Of a stretch of DNA of 64,000 nucleotides, positions 43,645 to 56,886 are shown in pieces. The stretch's first letter is position 1. The number at the start of each line of letters is the position of its first letter. The notes beneath the pieces are model-generated. The model was not told the origin of the DNA. It did not search any database and was given only the letters and a program-made list of their open reading frames with translations. The translations under genes and the position numbers were made by a program. The stretch spans positions 62,001 to 126,000 of the forward strand of contig CBFFRQ010000076.1 of NCBI GenBank assembly GCA_965644315.1. Direction: 5' to 3'. This stretch comes from Caecitellus pseudoparvulus (Eukaryota; Protista; Bigyra: Bicosoecida).

Positions 43645-46567
43645 ATGAAACGCCACGCGCTACTTGCGCTGACTTGCCTGGCCGCCAGTGCTGCGGCGGT
43701 GGCAGGCAAGGACAGCGTGGCCAGCTTTCGCTACGACTCTTACGCTGCCATTGTCAAGCAGCTGAAGTCGTGGGCGGAGCGCTTCCCCACCTTCGTGGAG
43801 GTGTGGTCTGCACAGGAGACGTATGGCCTGCCCAGCGTGGGAACATGCCGCAGCACGGGGTCGCCGCCCCAGCCGTGCGAGCACTGGTTCGTGCGCATCA
43901 CCAACGAAGAGACGCTGCCGTTCGAGCCCAGTCGGCCGCACGTGTTCTTTTCCGGGAACCTCCACGGTGACGAGGTGGTGGGCCCGCCCACCCTCATGGC
44001 CATGGTTGAGCACCTCATCCTCGCAGCCACTTCGGTGTCCGACTGGCACAAGGGGCTGCTGACACAGTCGCAGACACAAGACCCACTGATTCCCAAAGAC
44101 CCAGCGGGGGGTGAAGCAGGCGTTGGGGGGGACGCTTGGCTGGCGCGGCTTGTGGACACGCGAGTCACTGTCGCGCTGGTGGTGTCCAACCCCATCGGGT
44201 ACGAATCGCACCAGCGGGCGGAGCAGGGGATCGACCCCAATCGGGACTTCGCGCACGACGTGGCCCCTGACCAGTGCATGAAGACCGTCGTGGCGCGCGC
44301 CATCAACGAGGTGTTCCGAGCTCACATTTTCCAGGCCGGCATCACGTGCGTGCTTGCGCTGTGAAACGCTGCACCATCTGGTTGGCACCCCTCCCCCCCC
44401 GTCCACCCCCCCGCAGGTTTCACGGCGGCATGCAGGCCATCACCTACGAGTGGGGCTCTTTCTTGCACACTGCCCAGGCCTCTCGCTCCCCTGACGATAC
44501 AGTGCTCGCGGCCCTGTCACACTCCATGGCCGACTGGGCGGGCGCCTATCCCAGCCGCAAGTACCCCGTCGCAACGTGAGCGCCTGCCCACTACAGCGTG
44601 CCACACCCACGCACTTGCACTGCACCTGTCTTTCCTGCCCTGTTTGCACCAGGATGAACAAGGCTGTGTACCCCGTGAAGGGGGGTATGGAGGACTGGGC
44701 GTACGCTGGGAGTTGGGACAAGGACGCCCAAGTCAAGTGCAAGCCCGGCACGCACGGCGGCTACGACGCGAGTAGGACACAGTATGACGATGCTACACTG
44801 CGCTGTGCGATGATTCTGGTGGAGACGGCGGATGCGAAGCACCCTGTGGAGGCTTCTCTAGGAACGCGCATGGGTGTGCTGCAGCACGAGGGGCCGGGGG
44901 ACGGCCATGTCCCTCGCAACCTCCGCGCAGCGCTGGCGGTGCTGGACACCGTGGAAGCGTATGTGCACGCTACCAGCTTGTTCGGCAAGCGGCTCGGCCG
45001 CAGGCCTGTCTTGACTGGGTGGACGGACGGGGTGCATGGGCTGGTGGTTGCGGGGGACCGGCCGGTGAAGTTCTTCACAAAAACAGCGGGCAGCCTCCTG
45101 CCCTCCACGGCAGACCGCTTCACTGTCCCTTTGACCTTCGACGTGGGGGGCGGGTGGAATGTCGCTGCTGCGGGCGCTTTCCTGCTGCGAGTGGATTCGT
45201 ACTCCATGCAGACAACCCTCGCTCTGGGCGCACGGGGATTCGGCACGCCGTCGGTGCTGGGGGGCGTGTCCAAGACCCCAGCAGCCATGGGTGCGAGCGA
45301 GTTCAAGAAGCACATGGGTGGCGTGGATTTGGAGTGGTTCAAGTTCATGCAGGGCACCCTCACGGAGCTGGGCTTGGCGGGCGATGGCATCGTTTCAGCG
45401 ACGGGCGACCGCGTCATGAGCGGCGAGGCCTCCTCTCGCATCGTGGGCAGGGCCAAGGTGCAGGGCTCGGGGGGTGTGGGTGGCAAGCACTCCTTCCCCA
45501 CACGCTGGGGTCGAGTGTCTGGCAAGCCGGAGGTGGAGAGCGACGTGGACCTGGGGAAGGCAGCGTTTCGTGAGCGTTTCGCACTGAACGTCAGCGGTCC
45601 CCTGCCAGCAGTGCCAAGGGAATCCTGCGCCATGTATTTGTATGCAGTGGTGCCTTGGGCTGTGGTGGATCCAGATGCAGCTCACAAGCGCAGTGACGTC
45701 ACCCCCCCTCTCCCGCCTCAACTGCACATGTCCCGGGCACGAGGCAACGGCGCATACTCCGCGAAAGTGGACGTGCCTGCGCGCATGACCCCCGAGGGCA
45801 AGGCAGTGACGTGGGAAGTGCACGGACAGTACCAGGCGGTGGGGGCCCCGCTCTTCGTGGGGGTTCTTCGAGGCGATCTCGGGCTGGATGATGTGGGAGG
45901 GTGCCTCATGCAGTTCACGGACCCAGCGCGACCGCGCGCCCACCCACCCACTGGACAAGGCAGCGCCAAGAACACCACCATCCCCGACAGCACGGACAAG
46001 CCACGTCAGCCCGGCCCCACCAGCAGCACTGCGCCAGTTGGCCCAGGTGCGGAGGCAGGAGAAACGCCACCCAGCTCGAGCAACGCTGGCAGCTCCCCCC
46101 ACAGCAGCCCGGGTCTCATTGGCGGCAGCATTCTGGGCGGCATCATCGCCATCGCAGCGGTTGTGTCCGTTCTGTGGTGGCGCCAGGGTGCTGCGGGCCG
46201 GCGGTACGCCGCTGCAGCGGCCAGCGTGGGCCACCCTGCGGCGGCGGCGAACGAAGGAAGCACAACGCAGCGGAGTGGACACGCCCCTGCTTGGTCGCGA
46301 GTGCCAGCCGCCCACGCAGCTGCTAGTGTAAGCCCTCCCCTGGGCCCTGCGAATGGGCATGCTTCCCTGGCCGGTCTGGCGCCGCTTGGGCGGCTGGACG
46401 ACGAAGCGCGGGGCAGTGGGGAGTGGAGCCGAGGCCGCCACCAAAAGCAGGAAAGCGGCGAGATGGGCGGCGCGACTGCACCGCTGTCGGATGACACAGA
46501 CTTGCAGGGGGTTGTGGCTGCTCTGGAAAGCGAGGCTGCGTCTGGGCGCTGGGCCGACGACGCGTGA
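43645..46567 (+). CDS. M14 zinc carboxypeptidase, type I membrane protein (~924 aa); join(43645..44345,44417..44575,44653..46567)
   Basis: Signal peptide; GNLHGDE (Zn ligands), SNPIG, DPNRDF, spliced ITFHGG, YPVKGGMEDWAY and ILVET (catalytic Glu position); single TM GGIIAIAAVVSVLWW near the C-terminus. Confidence 0.92.
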
Positions 46568-47463
46568 GCAGGGTGTCTTGCCCTGCCTGTGCGGGGCGTG
46601 GGCGAGGGTTCGGCGGCACGTGGTGCACCGTCACATCACACACGGTCAAAGGCAGATTGTGCGCTTTCCCGGCACATGCCGGCGTGTGAAGCAAGCCCAA
46701 TGCATGGTAGAGGCACCTTGACTTGAACTGTCGTGCTGTCCCTCTCCGCCGCGGGGTTCCATGCCGGCTCTGACCCGGTCGAGTCGGCGGCGTGATGGCG
46801 CTGCGGAGTGTGATGCATGACCGTGTCACGCGGCTGCCACCTTGGGCTGCTTGATTTGACAGCCCCGCGGTTCGAGCCAATTCTGAAAACACTGCGATAC
46901 CATTCCTCACTCTGAAGCTCACTGCACGCCTTGTGCCCCCACTTTCTGCGATCTGCACGTTCTCCGAGCCCTTCACACGTTCACCCTGGTCTGGTGCCAG
47001 CAGCGGGCGAAAGCTGCTGCCGTTTTGCCGCCGCTGCCGTGTTCGCTGCCGGTGCATTCTCGCCCAAGCGCCAAGTCCTCCGGGCAAGGCCTTGACGATA
47101 CAGGTACGTGTTGGTGTGATTTCTTCTCCTTTCGAGTGGCGGTGGCGAGTGGGGCTCAGTGGCGGTGTGGCGGCGACAGCCACGGCGGCCGGGAAGGCGG
47201 CGAGGTGGTCTGCCCTGCCCGTCCAGCTGATTGCAGCTCTCCCACCTGCACCGCGGCTCCATCAGCTGCAAGTCGCACTTGCGCATGCGGGGCATGTTGT
47301 GCAAGCCTGTGTGTGTCAGATAGTGGTGCGCTTTGCACCTGTGAGCGCCTCGCTTGGTCTGTTGCACTGACAGCGGTTGATGAGGGCGATGCCGCTTTGA
47401 GGCGGTGTTGACGCAGCGGCCCAACGCACGTGACGCCCTCCCCTGCGCAACGCAGGCCCCGCC

Positions 47464-49043
47464 ATGAAGCATCCAGCAGCGTTGCGGGCTGGTGACACAG
47501 CCTCTGTCGCGTCCGGCTGTGCGTGGGGCGCCGCACTGCCCCATGTCCTGCTTGCGCGTGCAACCAGGCTCGCTGCTCTGCTCTCCTTCACAGCTGCCAT
47601 TTCCACGGGCGCGCACGGCGGCGTCTTCCGAGGGGTGTACGGGGAGCTGGATGTCGCCGTGAAGGTGTTTGCATCCACACCTGCCGGCGCAGATGCCGCG
47701 GCGAGGGAAGGGCGCGCTGTGAGTGCCGGGCAAGTCCCTGCCGGGTGTTGCCGAAGTTGCACTGTCCAACCTGCCCGCCGCAGTTCGCGCGCCTGAAGAA
47801 CCGGTGCGAGAACATTGTCAGGGTGCACGGCATGGGCAAAGAAGGCAGCGACTCCAGGCTGGCCCTGGTCATGGAGCTGGGCATCAGCGATGCATTCGAA
47901 GTGATGATGGGGCAGCGCACGCAGGGCCTGGCGCCTACCCAGCTCAAGGCGGCGGCCCTGCAGTTGGCCAGCGCACTGGCAGCATGTCATGAGGTGGGGA
48001 TTGCCCATCGTGACGTTAAACCCGAGAACCTGGTGCTGGTGCCGACGAAAGCGGAGGCCGGCGCAGTGCCAGGCTCAGTGTGGAAGCTGTGTGATTTCGG
48101 GGGCGCCAGCACCACCACGCGGCGATCTCCCGAGGGGGGCATGGACAGGCCCACACTCCTAACATCCAGTACGACAGGTTCAGCGCCGTATTGGCCGCCA
48201 GAAGTGCCGCGCGTGCGTGCGCACAATGCTGCGCGGAAACGTGCCGGCGGCCCGGCCACTTCACCTGCCGCTGTCTATGACGCCTTCGCCGCTGACGTGT
48301 GGTCCTTCGCCGTCACGGTGTTTGTGCTGGGCACACGGCACCTGCCCTTCAAGAGTTCTGTGCAGGGGGACGAGCACTTTGCTGCTTTTGTTGCCACGAG
48401 CCAACCCCAGCACGCGGCGAGTTATCCGATCCCGCTCGGCGGCGAAACGACAACGTGGGCGTGGCCCGCGCACTTCCACCCCTCTCTCATTGACCTCCTG
48501 AACTCCTGCTTGGCTCTTGAGCCATCTGATCGGCCGACCATGCAGCAGGTGCTGCAGCACCCCTGGCTGCAGGCGCCCTCGCCGTCCGCGTTGCCAGCGA
48601 GCACGCCTTCGCTGTTGCCTCCTCTGTCTCCCACGCCTGGCGTCGTGACGGGGGGACAAGCACGGGGGGGGGCAGACCCAGAAGCTTGTGACGTGGATTT
48701 GACGTCCCCTGCGCCAGCCACCGCCCCGGGGGCAGGTTGCAGCGCCGCGCACCTCTTGCGGGAATCTCACGAGGGGCGGGGCGTTCATGACGTGCCTTCG
48801 TTGGGCTCAGGCCACACCAACTCCCTGGGCTCCTCCCTCGAGTGGGGCTCCGTGTCCACGACGCCCTCCTCCACCGTGTCCATGGCCGCCATGGTGACAC
48901 CCACCACCTCCTCCTTGCGCGAGCAGACCGCCCCGTGGAACCGGACAGGAGCGTACTCAGACTCGGCTGCCCGCGCTGCCGAGCTGGGTGGCCTGTCACC
49001 CTCCTCTGCCAGGTGGACGCAGCACGCCGGGCCGGGAAAATGA
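47464..49043 (+). CDS. Ser/Thr protein kinase, paralog 1 (~479 aa); join(47464..47518,47594..47718,47784..49043)
   Basis: STGAHGGVF, VAVK, RE (alphaC), HRDVKPEN, DFG, GSAPYWPPE, DVWSFAV and RPTMQQVLQHPW. Confidence 0.92.
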
Positions 49044-49714
49044 CACACTGCGTGCTGTTCCGAGTCCCATAAAACCCACCCAGACTTGCCCTGGTGTCCC
49101 GCCTGTGCCTCACGGGCACCTCGTGGTTGCTGTTGTTCCGCGCGCCGCAGCAAGCTGCCCAGCTTGGAGGAAGCAACTCACGGTGTGCCTGGGTGGCTGA
49201 AAGCGGGTGTTCTGGCCAGGACAAGGCACTGGACGGGGGTGTTTTCAAGTTTTATTTCTGCATTAGTCCGTCTAAGGCCTGTGGCTTGCCAGCGTGGCGC
49301 TCAAATGTTGTGGCACGTTGGTGGGTCGCAAATTTCCGCCTGGCGACGTGTGCCAGGCTGGTGCTGCAAGCTGCTGCACCAAGCAACTCTTCGTGCACAG
49401 GAACACGCCGAGCTAATGCATGGTTATTACAGTGCCGTGCTCACGCCGGCCACAAGTGTTCTGGGAAGGGTGCACAAGCCAAGGGTGCGAAGTGGCTCGG
49501 CCGTTGCGGGGCCCAAGTGCCTGATAGTCGAACTTCCTGGAAAAAAATCACCCGGCAGATGGATGTAGTGAGGTGCTGGTGTGAATTGCTCGCCTGGCTG
49601 TCTTGCCTTTGCGAGCACACTGCACCGTGCCGGCCAGCAAAGCGAGCTACCGTTGGAGGCTGGGAGTTGTCCACCTGGTGTTGCCTGCCTGCAGGAGGCA
49701 GAGTGAGCGTTGCG

Positions 49715-52472
49715 ATGGCAGCTGAAGGGGTCCCTGAACAGTTGAAAGCACTGGGGCTGAGTCAGCACCCAGCTGCGCTGGTGCCTTGGGAATCTGTGCA
49801 GCCAACGGTGCGCCCGCCGCGGTTTCGCTGGCGTTTCGCCAAGGCACCAAAGGCCCACCCAATTCCACTCGCAGGCGCTCCCACCGCCACCCCACGAGGT
49901 GATGGTGGCCATGGACAGTATCTTTGCATTTCTTGCAGGGCACGTGATCATTGCGCATTGGCGGCCCACCCCGACATCTGTGCACCTCCTCACCGGCGAA
50001 GGGCTTCTGGGCACGGTGCTCACCGCTGGTGACTGCACACAAGTGCAGCACTTCAGCGTGCAGCAGGTGACCCAGGGCAGCGCACACGAAGCCCTCTGCC
50101 GTTTTCGAGGCATATCCCACGTCACCCTGCAGCCCCTGCCCCACGCCAGCTGGGTGTCCCCTGTCGGCCTGCCGGTGTCTCTGGGGGTCTTGGTAGGCGC
50201 AGAGGAGGCCTCTCGCCACAGCCACTTCCTGTGGCTCCGCAGCAGTGCCTACAGCCACCGGTGGGAGCACCCTGCCATCGCGGCAGAGCGGGTGCAGGCG
50301 CTGGCAGCCCGGTGGGCGCCAGGCAGCCCCACACCCACGTGTGCCATTCCTCTGTCCCCCCCGTCCGCTGCTGCCCTCAGTCCCGCCGCCATTGACCCCA
50401 CTGCCACTCTGGAGCCGTACACTGCTGCGTTTCATGCCACTCTGCCGCGGGCGGCACAGCACGTGCAGTGCTCGCCTGCTGGGCAGTTGCTGCTTGTGCG
50501 TGGGGCCCGTGCCGCTCGCCACGGCTGTGGGGTCTTTGCTGTGGATGTCCCGGAAGCCTTGGGTAAGCCAGCTCTGGACTTGACGCTGGGGGCAGGTGGG
50601 GCAGAGGCCCATGACACCGTGTGGCAGGCTCCTAGCAGCAGCGCCAGTGGCCCGGGAGCAGTGCATGGGCTGGCGGCCCAGCCTGCGCTGGTGCTGCCTG
50701 GTGACGGCTCCTGCACGCTTCGCCTGAGTCGAACACGGGCAGTGCAGTCTGGAGATGCGGGGTGTAGAGCCCCGCCCGCCTTTGCTGGCGGCGCTGCCTT
50801 TGATTCCGCCCTGGACGCACTTGCGTCATCGCGTGGGCAGGCAGCTGGGGTGGGTGTCCCGCAACGGAGTGTGCAGGCGGCCACGCAAGCTCCCCAGCTC
50901 GGCAGCATGACCTGTTCTCTCACCCTGCAGTTATCCGTTCGGGTGCACGGCATTGTAGTGGATACAGCCCGCAGCGAGGCAGTGGCAGACACGGGCGGAG
51001 GCGGGTCGCAGATTCCGACACACGGGCTGGCTGCCCGCCTTGCCCCCGCTGCGCGTGCACGCATGCAGCAGCTGGCTGATGCCCGAGGCGAAGTGCTGGT
51101 CCTGCAAAGGCGTGTTCAGTACACAGTGAACTCCTCTGTTGGCTCAGTGTGCAGGCGCAGTGGCGATGGCAGGGTGCTGCTTCGGCAACCGCCAGCGGAT
51201 TTGTCCGACACAACGTGGAGCCTGCCCAGTTCCGAGGCAGCCACAAAGGTCGGTCTCCCCACCTCTGCCTTGCATGCACACTGGGATGCCGTCGAGTTCT
51301 GGGCTGTGGCGCCCCCTCTGGGCGCAGGCGAGGCCGCAGAAGAAGGCTTTGTCGCAACGCGACACGGCTGTTTTTCCCTACTCGGCATTCGGGTGTCCTT
51401 CTCGCCTGGAAGGCCCGGCAGCCCCACACTAGCAGGGGATGTGGAGCTGGGATTGCACACTGATAGTCCCACTGACGTGGCCATGCTTGCGCTGCACGGT
51501 TCGGCCATGTTCCCGCTGCAAGAGGGGGGTGTGCTCCCATCGGCGCTTCACACTCGCCTGACGCTGCGCCCGGGTGTGGCACCCACCCCACGGCAGGTCC
51601 CACGCAGCAGCGTTAGTCTTGAAAACGCAGGCTCATCATCTGCGGCGCACTCTGGCCGCGCCGTCTTCCAGAGTGAAGTGACGGCGCGAATTGCGCCGTG
51701 CAGTGGGACGAGTGACGGTGCTGGAGCAGTCGGCAATGCGGACATGCAGGAGCAGGCCAGCGGCAGCCCCGGCGAGAGCCCTGCCATCGTGGAGATTGTG
51801 CAGGACCCACTCGCCGTGCAGCTGCGCCTGGAGGATCCCAGCGCCAAGCGTCGCTGGTGTGAGGGGGGGCGGCCCCTGCGCGTCCTGCCGACGCCTGGCG
51901 CAGAGCCACCCACCGCCACGGCTGCGGGCATCACGTGCACGACCTTTGCCGTCTCCTTAATGGGCCGCACCGCCGCGCCGCCCCATGCACCACTCGCCCT
52001 CACCCTCGCCTTTCCCACAGACCACGCCGCTGTCGCGTTCTGGAAGGCTGTGCGAGGGGGGTACGCGGCTGACCAGGCTCCGGCTGCCGCGCCCCCCCCT
52101 GCTCCCGTCCGTGCCACGCCACCTCCTGTGCGCGAAGCAGAGGTGCCCAGCACAGATGGGCTTCCCTCCCAGCTGGGCATGGCAGGGCGGCGGTGGGTGG
52201 AGCTGGAGAAGGCGCTGGGTGTCGCAGACGGCGCAGCGGTCCCTGCGCCGGCCTGGACTGTCGTCGGGCGGGGACCGCTGGAGCCAGGGGAGGCGTACTT
52301 CCCCCGCCAGCACCATGCCACGCGCAGTGCGGCGCTGGGTGGGGCTGTGGCTTCAGTGGAGGGGCGCAGTGGCGACGTGCGCGACCCGACCAGTGTGCTG
52401 CCTCGGGCGGCAGGGGCGGCCACTGGCAAGTTGGCCCTGCGCAGAGACTGGAACATCCTCCTGCCAAATTAA
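49715..52472 (+). CDS. Uncharacterised protein (~896 aa), weak resemblance to FANCB; join(49715..49807,49875..52472)
   Basis: Phase-0 intron 49808..49874 (GTGCGC...CGCAG) joins MAAEGVPEQL to the 857-aa ORF. Function uncertain. Confidence 0.6.
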
Positions 52473-52665
52473 ACACCTCCTGCTAGACAAGGCTTCTCAT
52501 TCTTGCTCTCCCGCGCAGCCCCACGCCTGCCTCGCGCTTGCCCTCGCCACTGCAGGGCCAGCACAGCAAGTTGGGGCTTGCTGGCGATTTCCGCAGCACC
52601 CCGCCTGCACCCCCACAGGCTCAGCCTGTGGGGGCCTCCCGCCCTCCTCGCGCCGCCGACGCACC

Positions 52666-54118
52666 ATGGCCAGCATCGAAGTCATGGGCAGCCTGCCTGC
52701 CTTTGCCCTGGACTGCACGCTGGAGAACGTGGGGCGCACCATTGCCTCGACGAAAGTCCGCATTCGATGGCACTTTGTTTTCAACGGTCAGACCGACGAC
52801 CACCTGGTGGCCCTGGTGCACAGCTCCCTCAGCGGCAAGAAACAGGTGCGCAGGTGTGCCGGCTGTGGCACAGCGCCTCAGAGTGGCTGTGCAGGCCGTG
52901 TCTTGGACGGCACGCCAGGCGTGGTGGGTGGAACTGCTCCACGCCCTCTGCGCTATCACTGCGCCCCGTGCAGGTGTTCTTGGATGGCCAAATGGTGCAC
53001 GAGGAAAACGAGGTGAGAGGCGTGCTGCACGTCGCTGGATCGGCTGGCCCTGCCCGCGTTTTGGGCCGGAGTGCGCCGACGGACGGCAAGCTTCGCCGGC
53101 GACACTCCTCTCCGGCTCACTACACAGGCGGTCTTCGGCGAGTGGCGGCACATGCTGCAGGTGGACCGGCGGAACGTCGAGATCGTCATTGGCACAGTCA
53201 CCTCGGAGAATGCCTATGGTGCGAGCTGCGCCCAGGCCTGCGCTATGCGCCCTGCCTCGTCACCGCGACACGCTGTGAACCCCTGCAGATTTGGTGGTGG
53301 AAGGGTGCTCCTTCGACACCCTGCCCCGCAGCAACATCGACAGGCTGCGCGAGCAACGCAGGCGCAAGGAGGCAGCTGCACTGCAGGCTGCGGCGGAAGG
53401 CAAGGCGGGTGCAGAGGGAGACACCGCCACGATGACGTTTGAAGAAATCGTCGCCTCCACGCCGTCGCCGAGCAAGAGCGGCAAGCGCCATGCACGGCGA
53501 CCACGGGGCGGCACGGCAGGGTCCCTGGCTGCCACCAGCCCTCCTGACGACTCAGCCGCCTTCGACCCCTTCGCCTCCCCCACCCAAGCCGAGCCCGCGG
53601 GCGGTCCTCCAGTGGATGCCTTCGACCCCTTCGCAGCTCCTGCGCCGGCCCCAGCCCCGGTCCCAGCACCTGCACCTGCACCTGCAGAAGCAACTGATCC
53701 TTTTGCATGGGGTGCCGGGAGTGGCACTGCGGGGAGTTTCGAGGACGATGGCTTGGGGGGCTTGAATTTCGACGCGTCGGCGCCACGCGCACAAACTGCA
53801 AGCACCAGCGTCGGTGTAGAGCCTGCCACAGACGCCGTGTTTGCAGCAGGCGGAGGAGGGCACACCAGAGGCTTGGTAGACTTGGACAATCTGGGCGCGC
53901 CTCGAGTGCGGGGCGGCTCCAAGCCGCGCAAAGTCACCGCTTCCCTCGGAGAATTGGCACGTGTCTCCGCCGCACGGCCCTCTGGGCAGCCGTCTCATGT
54001 CATGGATGGAGGTGGGGGCAACTTCACAGCTGCGTCCCACGCCCCAACCCCTGCGCCAGCGCCTGCGCCAGCTCCTACGGCGTCAGGGCAGTACGACCCA
54101 TTTGCGGAGTTTGGCTGA
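52666..54118 (+). CDS. FAIM-like N-terminal beta domain plus disordered tail with 4 DPF motifs (putative clathrin/AP adaptor, ~379 aa); join(52666..52845,52974..53012,53128..53218,53289..54118)
   Basis: Spliced W...HLVALVHSSLSGKKQVFLDG...YDLVVEGCSF resembles FAIM1 (HGTTSGKRVVYVDG...YTLEINGKS). DPF x4 and GLVDLDNL in the tail. Confidence 0.7.
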
Positions 54119-54163
54119 ACCAATGCACCGAATGCAACCGCCTGCACAGGGTCCCACCAGCAC

Positions 54164-55310
54164 CTACCGCGCCAGCTCCAGCGCAGAGCAGTCAGTGGGA
54201 TTTGATGCTCCAGTAGCTGCCGACTGGGCAAGGGACACTGCACCGGAAGCGCCACAGGAGAAGCGCTCGCTTGCCGGGGCCAGGGCTGGTTTTGCACGGC
54301 TCCACGCAGTGAGGCTGTCCAGCACTTGCCGAGCCGAAGGGCGCACACCAGGATCCGGCGCGAAGCATTGCAGCAGAACACTCCTCACGGCAGGGGGTAT
54401 CCTGCTCGGCCAGCGAAACTCTTTCTCGCCAGTCGCAGGCAATCGCGGCGTTAGCGCTGCGTGCACCCTCTGCCACTCAGCCTGCACAGCGACAAACCCA
54501 GCGTCATCCGCGCTCGCTTCACGGAAGGGCAGTGTGCCAGACAGCACTGCGAAAGTGTACACCGCCCAAGACCACATGTCTGCCGCGCAGCCATCGCAGG
54601 TGGGTGCGCCTGCAGCACAGCTGGCACCCACTGTCTCTGAGCCAGCTGAGCCGCCAGCTGAGCAGGTGCTGGTGCAGCCCCCCTTGCGCAGGGCGAGAAC
54701 TTCTGGTGCCGCATACTGCAGTGTGCCTGCAGCTTCAGTGCAAGACACAAATGGCGGCGCTGAAGGGCTCTCGGCGGGGGCAGCGCAGGATGGTGTGACG
54801 GCGCAAGCCCCAAAGTCTGCAAGCACTGCACTTCCTCTGAATAGCAGGACGTTCTCCGGCTTCACGTCTCGGTGAGCGATGCCCAACGCGTGGCAGTGCA
54901 CAAGGGCACGAAGAACTGGAATTCCCAACGCCTCGACCACTGACCAAGGTCCCTGTGCTCCATCTGCAGGCTTCTGGCTGCCTGTGAGAGTGGAGAGCAC
55001 GTCGCCTCCTTCCGCAAAGGCCATGGACAGCGCTGTGCCGCCGCCGGGCAGACTCGTCAAGCCATACATGGGCAAAATGTGCTCACATGCCGCAGCAACT
55101 CTCAGGCGCTCAAACTGCGAATCGTCCCCGCGCGCGTTCGTGCGTCAGTTCGCATGATTGGTGTGCATCAAGGCGGCCGGCCGCACGTACGGCTGCACTG
55201 CTGTTGACCGCTGCCTTACTGTCAGCTGGCATGGTCTTGACAGCGACTGCACCCCCGCCGGGCAAGGGGCACTTGAACACTGCCCCATAGCGCCCTGGCC
55301 GGGAGATCAA
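54164..55310 (-). CDS. Ser/Thr protein kinase, paralog 2 (5' end uncertain; intron 55115..55190)
   Basis: PGRYGAVFK, VAVK, HRDVKPEN, DFG, GTLQYAAPE, DMWSWAV and DPGVRPSARQVL. Start exon not resolved (upstream of ~55310). Confidence 0.85.
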
Positions 55311-56886
55311 ATCTGCGAGATGGGGCGCACTGGAATGAGGCGGCTGCTGGGCGCTTTGTCCTGCACGGTCCGTGGCGGCTGATGTTGGGAGCACTTCGCC
55401 CCCTTCCCCCCCCTCTCCACCTCCCGCACAAAGTTCTGCCCTTCGAACTGCGTCCCGCCCCCCAGCACGAGCACCATGCGGGGTGACAGGCTCCGGCCAA
55501 GCCCCTGGCACTGGCCCGACGCACAGCGCACTCACTCTCTGCAACAAGTGTCAAGGGTACGTTCACACTGGAGCCTTCCGTAGCTTTGGAGGGGACATGC
55601 TGATGTGCGGGAAGCGTTTCCTGGCTGCCGTCCTGCACCATGCTATGCAAGCACTGCGGCCCTGCCACACCTTCGTGCACCTCGCCGTTTCCAGGTGACA
55701 AGGTCATACCTTGGCGATTGGAACCTCGCCCAGCTTCGGTGCCAGTCGCTGCCCTGTCCTCTGGAGCAGAATGCAGGGGGTCTTGATCTTCTGTGGTCGA
55801 AGGACTGTCCCTCATCCCGTCGGCGGCTCTGCCTCTGCAATGCATGACCCCTCCTGCTGCACTGGTTCACAGTGGGGATGACCGGCCAAAGGAATGCAAG
55901 TGGCTCGATCAATTTTGGGCTCCTGGGCTGCTATAGCGTCTAGCATGCGCAAGGGGCGGACTGGTGCGAGCCTGGAAGCGGCAAGACGCACAGTCGACGT
56001 CTCTGCTGTTGCCGCGAACTGATGAGGGTCACGGTGAGGCGCTCTCACTGTGCCAGTGCTCGGACCGAGGCAAGTTCTTCTCGCCAGGACTGAATGTACA
56101 ACACCATGCACCAGGGGGTGGAGTCGCTGTGATGGGAGAAGTGCGCGGGCGTCCTGAATGCGCCTTGCTTTGGCAAGCTCGGCGCATGGTGTTGATGTGC
56201 CGCTGCTCTGCGGACTCTGCCGAGGACCAAATACCCGAGCCTGGCCTGCAGCATGCATGTCGCGGCCTACACTCGCCACCCCGGGCACGCTAAGGTCAGT
56301 TTGGTGCCTTTCCAACCCCTGCCACCCTTGGGAGCCCGGTGTGCGTGACGTTGCACGTGCCGCTGCTCTTGTTCTGCAACATGTTCTGTCGACCCTGTAC
56401 CTCGGCCAGGCAACACCCTCAGCTGCGCAGTCTTCTGCTCGCTGAGCACGTTCGCACCTCCTCCATGTTCCGCCTCGGGAAGGGTCGCCCTCTGCTACTC
56501 CAGTTTAGAGCTGGGCGGCGTTCGAACCTTGCGACAACTGGATGCCCCAACAGAGGAACCTCACTCAGTGGCCTGCCTCAGAGCTGCCCGCCTCAGCACG
56601 CACACATTTACCTCAACGCACTCTGTTGCTTCGTGCCAAGGTCGTCCCCAGTGTGGGAATCGCGCAGAGGTGCGATCGTACTGCAACCGCCGCAGCACAC
56701 GCTCCCCCCAATGGTGCTGCAGCTCATGAAAGTGCTCATCGCGGCCCCAGCCCCTCGAAAGACGCCTTCCTGCGCAGTAATTGACAGGGAAACTGCAAGG
56801 CTGCGACTCAGTGTCCCGCAGCTGCTGCACAGGAGACGGTGGGGGCAAGGTCGCTGCTTGACCGCCTCTGAAAACACACCAGCGCC

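Noticed and set aside
46568-47460. Short ORFs between the carboxypeptidase and kinase 1 (similarly 49044-49714 and 60776-61833)
   Set aside because: No motifs, coherent splice pattern or coding-like composition; treated as intergenic or UTR.
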